From positions 5,890,001-5,954,000 of the forward strand of contig OX597820.1 of NCBI GenBank assembly GCA_951406725.2: 64,000 nucleotides of DNA. The letters run 5' to 3'. The notes beneath the pieces are model-generated. The model saw nothing but the letters and a program-made list of their open reading frames with translations. It was not told the origin of the DNA and did not search any database. Position 1 is the first letter of the stretch. Each line of letters starts with the position of its first letter. Source of the stretch: Octopus vulgaris (taxonomy: Eukaryota). Below are positions 14,262 to 29,588 of the stretch, piece after piece. The translations under genes were made by a program, and so were the position numbers.

Positions 14262-14540
14262 GGGTAAGGTAAAGACCCCCTTCGGTCATGAATGACCATG
14301 GGATTGCACCTAGAAAGTTACCCTCCTAGACACAAGTCCGGGCAAGGTTGTTTATGGAAGGCCAGCAGTCGCCCATGCATACCGGCCTCCCCTCTCCACG
14401 CCACCAGTGTTATCCAAGGGAACGACAAAGGTCGATACAGCTTGGAACCAGTGACGTCGCAACTCATTTCTACAGCTGAGTGAACTGGAGCAACGTGAAA
14501 TAAAGTGCCTTGCTCAAGAACACAACACGCAGCCCGGTCA
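14262..14540 (-). mobile_element. 5'-truncated SINE with CORE-like centre
   Basis: Minus strand reads ttgagcaaggcactttatttcacgttgctccagttcactcagctgtagaaatgag and ends tttaccttacc. Confidence 0.7.
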
Positions 14541-14827
14541 TGTGTGTATATACATATATTTATATATATAAATATATATATACACACACATAATTATTCA
14601 TATATGTAGGTACGTCTGTGTGTATGTATACATGTATGTATGCATGTATGTATTTATGTATGCATGTATGTATGTATGTATGTTTGCATGTATGTATGTA
14701 TCTATGTATGTATGTGTGTGAGTGTATGTATGTATGCATGTATGTATGTATGTATGTATGTATGTATGTATGTATGTATGTATGTATGCATGCATGTAGT
14801 ATGTATGTTTGTATGTATGTATGTATG

Positions 14828-14858
<31 letters not shown>

Positions 14859-15487
14859 GTATATATATATATATATATGTATAATCTAAATGTGTGTTGT
14901 GTGTTCTGTGTTCTTGATGATCAAATTTTCGTTTGTTTTCGTTTTTTCCTACAGTCTCGAATTTCAACCAATAAAAATAATCAGGAATTTCCTGTGAAAA
15001 ACGCTTCTTTTCGAGATTAATCTCCCAAAACGTATTTAAATTTACAAGAAATAAAAAGATAATGCAGCGCCTTGCTGCAAATGATTGCTATGTACTTTAC
15101 AGGTGGGTATCTTCTTAATTGGTGATGTAAGCTGCACTTTATTAATTCATAATCATAGGAATGGTAAAAAAAAAAATGTAAGGCTAATTGGTTGCAAAAA
15201 GATCAGAGAAAATGCATTTTGGTTCCGTCTCCGTACGTTCGAATTCGTTTGATGCCATATTTGCCTTTCATACTTCCAAAATGGATTAAATAATTACCAG
15301 TCTGGTGACGGTAAAATCAAAGATAATCTCATATACCAAAATTTGTGACAAAGTGTATATTTTATGAATTATTAATGGCCAAACAGAGAACCATGAAGTG
15401 GCACTGGATCATAGTAAGTTTCGAAACGAGAAATTCAGCATCCAGTTCTCCACGGTTTACAGTATCTTTGCTTGTCGCATGCCTACA

Positions 15488-15595
<108 letters not shown>

Positions 15596-15897
15596 CATAT
15601 ATATAGACCAAAAACACTTGACATATAAAATAGAGACACTATTTATATATGTGAGTGTATATGTGTGTGTGTGTGTGTGTGTGCACGTGTGTAAGTGTGT
15701 AAGTGTGTGTGTTGTGTCTATACCTTGATTATATGAAGGTCACATTGTCGTTAAAGAATCCTAAGTTAACTCGCCGAATATTTATATATATATAAATAGT
15801 TAATCCAAACATGAAAACACAAAAAAAAAACACAACAACGCGGGGACGTGGAACAAGTCTAGTGTTATTGGACGCTCAGGAAAGGAAAGAAAGAGGA

Positions 15898-15930
15898 TTT
15901 TGCGTTTCGAGCGGAGCTCTTCGTCAGAAA
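15898..15930 (-). ncRNA. Minimal type I hammerhead (U16.1 to C) in a ~200-bp dispersed element (15790-15990)
   Basis: Minus strand: ttt-CUGACGA-a-gagc tcc gctc-GAAA-cg-ca-aaa. Confidence 0.6.
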
Positions 15931-16299
15931 CACAGGAAAAGGAAAGATCCAAGGAAGGGAAGACGGAGGGGAAAAAAATCGCCAACGGTATGCATGTATG
16001 TATGTATGTATGTATGTATGTATGTATGTATGTATGTATGTATGTATGTATGTATGTCTATGGGAAAAATAAGTTCAAAAAAAGAACAATTTAAGCTTTC
16101 TGAAAGGTCCAAAAAGAGAGAAAAGAATGATTTCTGATAAAAATATATTCATAAAAAAACAGCCAGAGCAAGTAATAAAAATATGAAAATGGTATAGGTA
16201 TAAAATACCATAAATAATTATAATTTTCTATAATTGTTTATGGTATTTTATACCTATAACGATATTTTTCAACTACTATTTTCATATATATATATATAA

Positions 16300-16564
16300 T
16301 AACAAAGAGTAAAATTAATTAATTAAGAAGTAATCAATAATTTCACCAAGTAGAATTCGGCATGAAAAAAGGACCATTTCACGTAAACTAAGTAATACTT
16401 AATAATTAGGGATCAGCAAAGATTTGCTTTACCACATACTGAAGTTTAGAAATAGCACCCAAAAACCTTAGCTATTTCTTCTACTTTAAAAAGGGGACTC
16501 CCAGAGAAACCAAAATACTTGAAAACAAATTCACACAGGCAGAGAGGAAAAGTAACGAAAATCA

Positions 16565-16570
<6 letters not shown>
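16300..16570 (-). mobile_element. Diverged fragment of the 594-bp repeat family, between TA tracts
   Basis: Reverse complement shares agtagaagaaatagcta, tgctatttctaaa, gtatgtggtaa, catgccgaa, ctacttggtg and aattaattaattt, in the same order as 1-210. Confidence 0.8.
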
Positions 16571-16652
<82 letters not shown>

Positions 16653-16777
16653 AAGAATTCCAACCTTGTCTGATTTTCACGTTTTATTTACAATCTTATA
16701 ATGATATATTATAAGATAATATATTATAATTGAATAAAATAAAATGAAATAGTAGAATGTTAAATATTCATTCTGAT

Positions 16778-16821
16778 TGAACTAGTATTTCATGCATTGA
16801 ATTCTGCAATCTTCGGGTTCA
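16778..16821 (-). ncRNA. Minimal hammerhead, left-arm copy with a 1-nt deletion in stem III
   Basis: Minus strand: tgaac-CCGAAGA-ttgca gaattcaa tgcat-GAAA-tac-ta-gttca. Confidence 0.55.
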
Positions 16822-17185
16822 TGTAGTAGTGTTGACAGTCATGCTTCACAATTTTTGACTGTAGCAAGATGATTGATTCTGTGCTATAAATACAGCTGAG
16901 TAGGCTCCAGAGTGCTAGGTTTTGCAAACTGTATTCTGACCAATCAGTGTGTAGTATCACTCAATTACTTAAGCTGATTGGTTGGTTGAGCTGATTGGTT
17001 TAGGCTTAAGTAATTGAGTGATACTACAATCAGCTTAAGTAATTGAGTGATACTACACACTGATTGGTCAGAATACAGTTTGCAAAACCTAGCACTCTGG
17101 AGCCTACCCAGCTGTATTTATAGCACAGAATCAATCATCTTGCTACAGTCAAAAATTGTGAAGCATGACTGTCAACACTACTACA

Positions 17186-17230
17186 TGAACCCGAAGATTG
17201 CAGAATTCAATGCATGAAAGTACTAGTTCA
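17186..17230 (+). ncRNA. Minimal type I hammerhead, core variant CCGAAGA
   Basis: tgaac-CCGAAGA-ttgca gaattcaa tgcat-GAAA-gtac-UA-gttca; stem III agtact is palindromic. Confidence 0.7.
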
Positions 17231-17383
17231 ATCAGAATGAATATTTAACATTCTACTATTTCATTTTATTTTATTCAATTATAATATATTATCTTATAAT
17301 ATATCATTATAAGATTGTAAATAAAACGTGAAAATCAGACAAGGTTGGAATTCATTTTATTAATATATTCTACTATACACAAT

Positions 17384-17485
<102 letters not shown>

Positions 17486-18289
17486 CGCACACACCTACCA
17501 ACACATGCACGCACACATACATACGTACACACGCATATATATAAAATGAAGAAACAATATATTTCTGTATAATTTTTGAGCGAGAGAAGGTAGAGAGCGA
17601 GGGGTGTAGAACAGAGACAGGCATCATAGTAGCCCGGATTAACCTCAAATTAGTTTGCAACAGCTTAAATAAAGAATATGTTGAATGATATAATTCAGTA
17701 ACTGAGAAAACATGCTGGGGTTGTCATGGCTGGAGTACTTGCAGCCACAGATATGCCTGTTCAAGCATAAGCGACCAGGGGTTAAACAACAACAACAGTA
17801 GGCAATAACTAGAGTGACGAGAACTGTAATAACACAATGATGGGGAGAGCAAAAGGAAACGAAAAGATTAGACAATAAACGGTAAATAAATGAGTTTGTT
17901 GATGGTTACCTTCCGAAGGAAAACAAGAAGACGACGAAAGGGAGTATGAGGAAAAAGGAGTAGGAGAAGGGGGAGGAGGAGAGGGAAGGCAGGCTGTACA
18001 AATATCACCTTTCATAGAATTGGTTTCATCGGTTGAATGTTTGCAGGAAAAGTCTTTGACACTGTTAGTGACGCCTTTAACTCTAAAGTCGTTCGGAAAG
18101 GTAAACAAACACTTCCTGGTGGAGAAGGAAGGAAGAGAAAGAAAGACACGGGAGGGGGAAAAAAGAAGAAAGGAGAGTGGCGGGGGAAGAAAGAAGAAAG
18201 AAGAAAGAAAAAGAAAAACAAGACGTAATCACTTGGCTTTGTACCGGTTCCTCTTTCAGCAATTCCACCACCTTCTGCAACAACAATAC

Positions 18290-18880
18290 CAACATCACCA
18301 CCACTACCAATGCCATAACTATCAATGCCACACTAATGCCGCCACCCTTAACACGGATATTACCTGCACCGCCACCACCCTCACCTCCTCCACCACCCTC
18401 ACCTCCTCCACCACCCCTCACCTCCTCCACCACCACCACTAGCACTAACACTACCATCCCCCTCACCCTCACTACCCTGACCACCCTGACCACCCTGACC
18501 ACCACCACCCTGACCACCCTCACCACCACCACCCTCGCCACCCTCACCCTCACCACAACCACAACCACCCTCACAACCCTCACCCTCACCACCACCACCA
18601 CCCTCACCACCCCACACCACCACCCTCACCACCACTCACCACCACCCTCACCACCCTCACCACCACCACCCTCACCACCACTACTAACTACTCTTACCTT
18701 CTACAGCAACAGTAGTAACATGACCAACATTACTAATGTCATAACTTATCAATGCTACACTAATGCCGCCGCCGTCACCGCCGCCGCCGCCGCCAATACC
18801 ACCTCCAACCCCACCCTCACCAGCAGGACCAATACAGCCATTAACACGGATATTACCACCACCGTCGCCGCCACCATATT
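18290..18880. repeat. (ACC/CCT)-rich low-complexity repeat
   Basis: Degenerate caccaccctca units. Confidence 0.9.
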
Positions 18881-19364
18881 TACATATACTTATATTTAAC
18901 TTTTGATGATTTTTTTTTGTTGTTTGGCGTTTTTTTTGTTTTAGGCTATATTCTTTTTCATTTGGTACATTGGGGTGAGGGGTGAGGGGGAGTGGAGAAA
19001 TGATGGGGCGTGGGGGGTGGGGGAAATAAATGAATAAAAAAATATTTAATAACAAAATGGATGTTTGAAAACAAATCAGCGAAAGAAAGGAACCGGTGGA
19101 TGGGGAGATGTGAGAAGCCGAAAATAAGGAAGAGGAAGAGGAGGAGGAGGAGGAAATGGTGCTGGTTGGGGTGGGGGGACGGGAGGGGGGGTGAAGAGGA
19201 CCCCCGATATACGAAGGCTTAGAAACGAAACCAAAAATGAATGAAAGGAAAATAGAATAACAACAACCCCAAAAAAACGGTAAAAATATATAATAATGAT
19301 AATAATAAAAACAACAAAAGCGGCAATAACGATTCCTTTTCTTGGAAGACGAAAGCTTATGAAG

Positions 19365-20070
<706 letters not shown>

Positions 20071-20478
20071 TGTGGAATAGAATCATATTAAATAATGGAA
20101 AACTAAAAGACTAAACGACAGCATTTCTTCGTAAAGGAAAAGGAAGAGAAAAAGGAAGAGAAAAAAAAGGGAAGGAAACAAAAGGGAAGAAAAAGGAGGA
20201 TAAATAGAATGGAAAAAAGGAAAAACAAAACCATGAGTTTAAAAGAAAATGGAGAAAAGAATTGTGGGAGTGGAGGGAGGAGGGAAGGAGAGGAAGGAAG
20301 GAGAGGAGGGGAATGAGGTGGCGGAAGGAGGGGGTTGTCCATTAACACGGCAGACATGTTGTTTTAAGTACTTTTTGTAAAGATTTCGCTTTTGAATGGG
20401 AGTTTTCACTAACTGGTACCACAAACAGGAGTATCTCGTTGGCTAAATTATGACGGCACGATGAATGCATGTACATAC

Positions 20479-20539
<61 letters not shown>

Positions 20540-21182
20540 CATACATACATATATATATATGCATATATACACACATACATACACACATATATATGTGTAC
20601 ATATGTACATATATATATAGTATATAGTGTACATATATATATTTATATATGCATACACACATATATAAACAAAAATATATTTAAACAATAACAACAACGC
20701 AAGCACATACGTAACATTAAAAATACACACAACATCATATACACACACAGTAATTCATTGACAGGGACACATATACGCATATAAATAACAACAGACACCC
20801 ACCTCTTTATACACACAAAGCACCCACAAAAATGAAACTTGACGTGGATATTAAAACATACACAATTGGACGCGAACACTTTCAAATTCTTAAAAAATGA
20901 GTTATGTGAGCAGGTCTCGACGTGGTCAGCTAGAAATAGTAAGCAAATCTCCATTAAAAGACGACTTGCAGTTTTCTAGAAATAAAAGCATATTTCTCAA
21001 TGTAATTTGAGATATATAGAAAAGAGCGATGGTTACGACCAGGATGTATTTGATAAGGTCTGGTAAGAGATTAAACAACAACATCTACGGTTTTTGTAGG
21101 GTACGAAATGTTTTCTACATGCCCAAACATTTCTTCAGAGACTAAAAGTGAAAGGGCGTTTCTTCTATTTCCATTTTTTACC

Positions 21183-21414
21183 TATTTCTTTACTATCCAC
21201 AAGGGACTAAACACAGAGCGGACAAACAAGGACAGACAAACGGATTAAGTCCATTATACCTACCCCAGTGTGTAACTGGTACTTATTTAATCGACCTCGA
21301 AAGGATGAAAAGCAAAGTCGACCCCGGCAGAATTTGAACTCAGAACGTAACGGCCTACCAAATACGGTTACGCATTTCGCCCGGTGTGCTAACGTTTCTG
21401 CCAGCTCGCCGCCT
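21183..21414 (-). mobile_element. SINE family C
   Basis: Full reverse-complement match to the 3972 monomer. Confidence 0.87.
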
Positions 21415-21864
21415 TTATTTCCTTTTTTTTTTACCGTTTAGTGAGGGAAGCGATTTAATCAACACCAATGCATGATTGGTAATTTATTTCATCAACCCTG
21501 GAGGGATGAAAGACAAAGTCAGCACCAGGACCATCAGAACTCACAAACGGAAAGAATGAAACGATAAATGGTGAGAGACTAAGGCTGCCTGTCCATACGT
21601 AGCTATGGTGATATCTTGCCAATATGATTTCAAGCAACTCATTATAAGTCATTAAGTTATTCTTGAGTATTCAGCATTTATTTCTAAAATAGAATAATCA
21701 TGTAGATGACACCTAATAGATACATATTTGTGTGCCTATGCGTACGTGCACAGCTATAGATAAGTATTATCATATATCCTAAATGATTGATACGCAAGAA
21801 AGAGTGTCCTGGAAAACTTATTTATCACAACGATCGTTTCGGCACACGTCATATCCAGAAGTTC

Positions 21865-22262
<398 letters not shown>

Positions 22263-22422
22263 CATCGAGTAGAATTCGGTCCGATAGATTTAGCCCATAA
22301 GACCTGACCCATAAGACCTGACCCATGTGTACCTTTCGAGGAGTTCAGCCTTTTGCAAACGTTTATTTAAAGTAGAAGTAAATTGTCTTCGTTTTCTTCA
22401 AAACACCACCAGATATGCCGTA

Positions 22423-22464
<42 letters not shown>

Positions 22465-22498
22465 GGATAATATATGTGCATATATATATATATATATA

Positions 22499-22591
<93 letters not shown>

Positions 22592-23071
22592 ATATGCACA
22601 TATATATATCCTGGCCGTTGCTCTTCTTAATCTCACTTGTCAATAAACCATCATCTTACAGTTAAATGACTTCATGACCCGAAACGGCCTCCTGCATCAT
22701 TCGCTCGACTGATGTAACAATATGCATGACTATTTCAGATAACATTAAATATAAGTGAAAATATTGTTCCTTCCTTCAGTCTAGCTTCTGTTAGCAACAA
22801 CAACAGCAACAACAAAAGGAACAACAGCAGCAACAAGAACAACCGTCGGTGAATAAAGCTTTGTAAAGTTAACAATGGTTAGAGAGCGTTGCTTGAAATT
22901 AATGCTAACGTAGCAACGTCTAACTGGTAGGATTCCAAAAGAGGAGAATAATGCCGTGTAACATACCAAAAGTTCAGTCGTTCACTCATCTGGAAAAAAG
23001 ATTCATGCAGACACATGAGAATGCATTATGTGTGTGTGCGTGCGTGTGTATGAGATGTATATACATAATAC

Positions 23072-23239
<168 letters not shown>

Positions 23240-24473
23240 ATATAATATATATATGTATATATGTATATATGTATGTATGTATGTATATATATATATATGA
23301 GAGCGTTATGCGATTAAGTTTTCTCACGGACTACAAATACCTAGAAATATATAAACTCTAACAAAGAAGAGCTTTTGTTGATTTATTGATAATAAAAGAC
23401 ACTGGCCTCTTTCTCTCTCTCATTCACTCTCTCTCTCTTTCTCTCATACACACACACACACACTCTCTCTCTCTCTCTGTTGCAAAGGAACACAAAAATT
23501 AAACGAGAGAATCAGATATATACATGCCTACACGTCAGTTTCTACGTATAAAATATATACATATATATACTTAAATGTGTAATATAAACACATATATATG
23601 CATATGTATATATAGATATGTGTGTGTATGTATGTGTGTGTGTACTCATATAGAATCATACGCACACTAACGTTCACACACTGATACATGTCTGTACAGA
23701 TATGATGAAATGAAAAAATTCAGCCGCACCCTCCGGATGCACCAGTCCTATTATGAATTGACGCCACATTAGGTTTTTATGAGTTCATTGGAGTTTCATT
23801 GGCAATGCCTTTATCACATTAGACTTGATGCCAGCGCTTGGCAAAAGCCTGATTAATGATGGGACGCCAGTAAGTGGGACTGCTTGAACTCACAACACTT
23901 AGTTCGGACACATCCCACAAGTGCAATACACCCACGCGCAAAAAACTAAGACGCGGACCCACTGTCCTGGGTTGGTAAGTTCTTTAGCGGAGATGAACGT
24001 AACAGAAAAAGACTATGTGTGTATGTGTGTGTGTATTCATAGGTATATATTTACATACATATATGTATGCGTGTTTGCATGTGTGTGCGTATGTATGTTT
24101 GTATTTATGCAGCCTGGTCCGGAAATCGAACTCAAAACCTCACGATCATAAGCTCGACCCTCTAACTGCTGAGCCAGAGGAAAGTTTTGTAAGTTCGGAC
24201 TCTTGGCTTGCTCGTCTTCATCGAAATCACTCACAAACACACACACACACACATGTATATACATAAAATGTTCGTGTGTCTGTACATATGTAACAAATAA
24301 ATACACTCACACACATGTATTTACGTATATGCATATACACACATACATAAGTTTATTTGTGTGTATGTATATGTAACAATAAAACCTACCGTGATTCAAT
24401 AGAGAACGTCATTGTTGGCTTTAAATAAAGCATTACTGACTGAAAATCGTAAAGGAATACTTAAAAATGATTA

Positions 24474-26688
24474 CACAACGTAACAATTTTCAAAAAAAAA
24501 AAAATTTTTATTGTATTTTTTTAATTGTTTATCAATCCATTTTTTTCTGCTGATTCCAAAAATGAAATTATTTTTTGTGTATCATCAACAGTTAAAAAAA
24601 TATGTCGACTTTCAATGTTATTATGTATTCGGTATTGTTATAATGTTCCGCTACTAAATGTATGTCTAATTTTCTCTTTCAGACTAATTACTAAGTTCTG
24701 CTACTTTCAGGATGGCTACTAGAGTATATAGAAATTCTCCAGATACATTTTGCTATGTGTGTGGTTATTATATTGAAAAAAGCAGTTATTACATAAGATC
24801 GTGAAAGGTGCGAAATTGTGGAGAGCATACAGACTCTATTTCGGAATACCTATGGGTGACCAGGAAAAACCATGGGCCCCACATGTGATATGTAGAAGCT
24901 GTCAATCTACTCTAGAAGGATGGTTAAGAGGTACAGGAATGTCAATGGCTTTTGCCATTCCAAGGGTATGGAAAGAGCCAAAGAACCATCACGATGACTG
25001 TTACTTTTGTATGATCAATGTGACAAAGTACAGAAAAGTGAAAGGAAGACAAACCCTTCAGTATCCAGACATACCACCATCTAGAGCATCTGTCCCACAT
25101 GATGACAGTTGACGAGTACCACTACCACCAGAAAATATTTCATCTGAAGAGTCAACAAGTTGCAGCAGACAAGAAATAGAGGAAGCTTTCGTACCAAGAA
25201 CGACTTCAGAGCCTCACATTCCAATTCAGAGCGAGCTAGATGATTTAATCAGGGATATGGATCTTACTAAGTCAGGAGCTGAACTTCTTCCATCAAGGTT
25301 GAAGGAATGGAATCTACTGGAGGAAGACTGCAAGACATTTGTGTACCGGAAACGCCATGAAGAATTTGAAATTTACTATGAAAATATTAATGATCTGTGT
25401 TATTGTAAAGATGTGATTGGTTTGTTTACTGCTATTGGACTCAAGCATAATTCTGCAGAATGGTGACTGTTCATAGATAGCTCAACACGCTCAAAGCAGT
25501 GTTGCTCCTCAATGGAAATAAATATCCTTCTTTGCCTCTTGCACACTCCATACAGAAGAAAGAAAATTACGATAATGTCAAAGGACTTCTTGACAAAATA
25601 AATTACGCTGAGTTCAAGTGGGATGTTTGTGGTGATTTCAAGATGCTTGCCTTCTTGCTTGGCTTGCAAGGGGGATACACAAAGTATTCATGTTTCCTTT
25701 GCTTATGGGACAGCAGAGCTGATGACGATCATTACAAGAGAGTACATTGGCCCCCACGAGTGGAACTGAAGCCAGGAATGTTAAATGTTCTCAAACAGCC
25801 ACTAGTAGATTCCGACAAAATCTTATTACTCTCAATTCATATCAAACTCGGATTGGTAAAACAGTTTGTGAAGGCCTTAGATTTTAGATGAGAAGCTTTT
25901 CAAGAAATGTGTCTTATGTTTCCAAAACTATCTGAGGTGGCATATTTGTTGGGCCCCAAGTAAATGCAATGTTAAAGTGGAAGAAACTGGAAAGAGCGAT
26001 GACAAAAGTTGAAAAAGAAGCTTGGTGTGCATTTCGTGATGTAGTTCGGGGATTTCTAGGAAATCACAAGGATCCTAATTACAAACAGCTGGTAGTAAAG
26101 CTTATTGAAAACTTCAAGAAAATCGGTTGTCGTATGTCCTTAAAGGTTAATTTTTTGCACTCTCATCTAGATTTTTCTCCGAAAACTTGGGTGATGTCAG
26201 TGAGGAGCATGGTGAAATATTTCATCAGGACATTGCAACTATGGAAAGAAGATACCAAGGACGATGGGATACTGCTATGATGGGAGATTATATGTGGTCT
26301 CTAGTCAGAAGAGATGAAGGTATACACTCCAGAAAATCTCGATCGAGCCAAAGCACTTCTCATCTTAAGAAAAGAGTTATCAAGGCATTTACAGAGCAGA
26401 ATTTTATTGTTTCTTTTTGTTCTAACTAATATTATACTGCCTAAATACCTTTCAATATATGAAAAAAGTACTAAATGTTGTGTAATTATCCTTACAATAC
26501 TAGAATAGATTGAACCAACAAAGTGCTGTAGAGAACAGTTACAAATATAACGAGCAAATGTGAAATTAGGAATAAATAAATAACTATCGATGTTACGTCA
26601 AAACGAATGCGACTTTTGAATTTAGTGGCAAAAAATGCATATATGAACATCAAAAAATACAAATAAATTAAACATGTGTTACATTGCG
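24474..26688 (+). mobile_element. Chapaev3-like (CMC superfamily) DNA transposon, full-length but decayed
   Basis: Ends cacaacgtaaca / tgttacattgcg (imperfect TIR), flanked by TTA on both sides; internal transposase remnant. Confidence 0.78.
24710..26370 (+). pseudogene. Transposase pseudogene with stops and frameshifts
   Basis: FCYVCG, GDQEKPWAPHVICRSC and WKEPKNHHDDCYFC (Zn finger); GDFKM..LLGLQGGYTKYSCFLCLWDSR; HIKLGLVKQFVKAL; EEHGEIFHQDI..MERRYQG. Confidence 0.88.
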
Positions 26689-27544
26689 TTATAAATTGTT
26701 GAGGTTACGACCTTAGTCTTAAGTGAATGTAATCAAGTAGAAACAACATTTCATTGACATATCGTATAAACAAATAAGTGTTGTACTGCCTGACCGGTCA
26801 TTTCTGTGACAAAAAATTGTTTCAGTTACTATTCACCTCTTCAGACGGTGTGGGTAAGACAATATTTACTGTGTCCGCTTCAGGATCGTGAATACTCCTA
26901 CGCCAGCGAAATTATACAAGGCTGATGTTATAATAATGAATATTCGAAAAGGCATAGCATGCAGTTAAATTCCTCGGAGAAATCTTTATATGGTAATCCA
27001 GCGTACAATTAACATTCCGACATGTGAGAATTACTCACTCAAAATGCTCAACGAATAAATGTGAACAAATATATTAATGACACGGGGCTATGATACGTGT
27101 CAAATAGGAAGATATATAAAGCTAAGAAAACTCTGCAATGCATCATAGCAAAGAAATATATATAGGAATAACTCACTAATGTATGTATGTGTGTATATAT
27201 GTTCGTGACTGTATACACGTTTGTAATGATATGTGTATGAGTATGTGTGTGTGGATATGTGTATATGTGTGTGTGAGTGTGTTTTGATGAATGGTGGTGT
27301 ATACATATTTGTACATACACGAACACGCATATGTATTACATACGTATGCACATATACACACACACACACACACACGCGCGTATATATATATACGCACTTA
27401 AAGGCAAATATACGTAACCCGCACAAAGAATGGTTGTGATACTTGATCAAATAACTTCACATACCAATTCGATGGTATGGAGGTTATTTTAGAGTGCAGT
27501 AATATCCAATGATAAAATGTACGTTTGATAATGATGATGACGAC

Positions 27545-27589
<45 letters not shown>

Positions 27590-28059
27590 ATCAAGGACGG
27601 GAAAAAGGATCCTGGAGGCTGTAATGAGGACAAAATGATGAGGGCGACGAAATGAAGATGACGACGATGATGAGGGTGACGAGGATGATAAAGAGGCGGA
27701 AGAAGAAAATGAGGATGATGATGAGGATGATGATGAAGATAAAGGTGATAATGTTGCTACAGCAACAGCAGCAGCAGCAGCCGCAGCAGCAGTTGATGGT
27801 AATGAAGACGAGGAAAATGATGCTGATAACGACTATGATCATGATCATGATATAGATTATAATAATGATAAAGATGAAGCATTTTATGATGATGATGATG
27901 ATGAATATTTTAAGAGAAATATCAATTATCATTCAGCGAAAACTGACACATTTATGTATTACTATACAAAGTATTTGAGTGTGCCATGTGTGTGGATGTG
28001 TGTATATGTGTGAATGCGGATTTGTGTCTAACCCTGTACCGGTGCATAAGCATCTGTGT

Positions 28060-28143
<84 letters not shown>

Positions 28144-28233
28144 GTGTGTGTGTATGTATATACGCATATATATATATACATATATATATATATATGTATG
28201 TATGTATATATATGTATATATATATATCCATAT

Positions 28234-28268
<35 letters not shown>

Positions 28269-28540
28269 CACCTATACATACATACATATATACACATACA
28301 CACACCCACACATATACATATACATATATATATACACACATACATACACATACATATATATATATACAGTAGAAAGATAAATGGACTTGCTGTCGTCCCC
28401 AGGGGGACGATAGCGAAGATGCTTGTGACCGCGGTCAAAGATAACAAAAGTAATAAATGAAAATAATAAAATTAAAATAAGGGAATGGGTTTGTATGTGT
28501 ATGTATATATGTGTGTATGTGTAGGTATGTATAGGTACAC

Positions 28541-28606
<66 letters not shown>

Positions 28607-28699
28607 ATATATGGACATGTGTGTGCATGTGTGTATGCATATATGTGTGTGTATGTGTGTATGTGTATGTGTGTGTATGTATATATGTGTGGGTGTGTG

Positions 28700-28752
<53 letters not shown>

Positions 28753-29026
28753 ATGTATATATGTGTGTATGTATATGTGTGTGTGTGTATATATATATAC
28801 ATATGTGTATATGTATAAGTGAGAGCCTCCTTATTTACCTAAAACTCTATTCTTCTATTTATTTTTTTATTCTTTTATTTATTCTTTTATCTAATTTACC
28901 ACTAACTCCTTGACCACTCCCCTAAGTATGATATTTTTGCGCTATGCCTACCCCCAAAAAAGTCCCCCACCACCACCCCTTTAAACCTGCCTAAATGTAT
29001 AAATGCTAAAACAATTCTTGTTAACT

Positions 29027-29077
29027 AGCTTCCTGATGATTTCTCTTGAATGAAACAGTTCTAGTCCTGTAGAAGCT
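29027..29077 (+). ncRNA. Type I hammerhead, intact core, in an element at ~28820-29115
   Basis: agcttc-CUGAUGA-tttc tctt gaat-GAAA-cag ttctagtc ctg-UA-gaagct; 6-bp stem I and 4-bp stem III. Confidence 0.82.
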
Positions 29078-29533
29078 CCTTCTATATAATAAATTAATTT
29101 TACTCTGCTATGTGTATATATATATATATGTGTGTGGGTGTATATAAATGTATCCATGTATTTATATGAATTGATAACCACATATATGTGAATACGTAAC
29201 ACATATTTGTAAATATATATGTATTTATATATTTATCTATATCTATCTATCTATCCATTCATTTATCTGTCTATCTCTCTATGTATGTATGTATGTATGT
29301 ATTTATTTATCTAACTCTCTCTCTATATATATGTGTGTGTGTGTATGTATGTAAATATATATATATATATATATGAGTGTGTATATAAATATATATATGC
29401 ATATCTATGTGCATATGTATATTTATACATATATATATATATATACATATATATGCAAATATGTGTATATATATATTTATGTGCGTTTGTGTATGCGTGC
29501 GTGTGTGTATGTGCATGTGTGTGTGTATGTTTG

Positions 29534-29588
<55 letters not shown>

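Larger units (their letters stand above)
16649..17361. repeat. Long inverted repeat, ~330-bp arms, 46-bp spacer, in TA tracts
   Basis: 16655-16980 is the reverse complement of 17027-17353, with one substitution and one 1-nt indel noticed. Confidence 0.95.

Noticed and set aside
18020-18899. 240-aa Pro/Thr-rich ORF resembling a mucin or extensin
   Set aside because: Low-complexity ACC repeats keep frames open on both strands; no domain or splice support.
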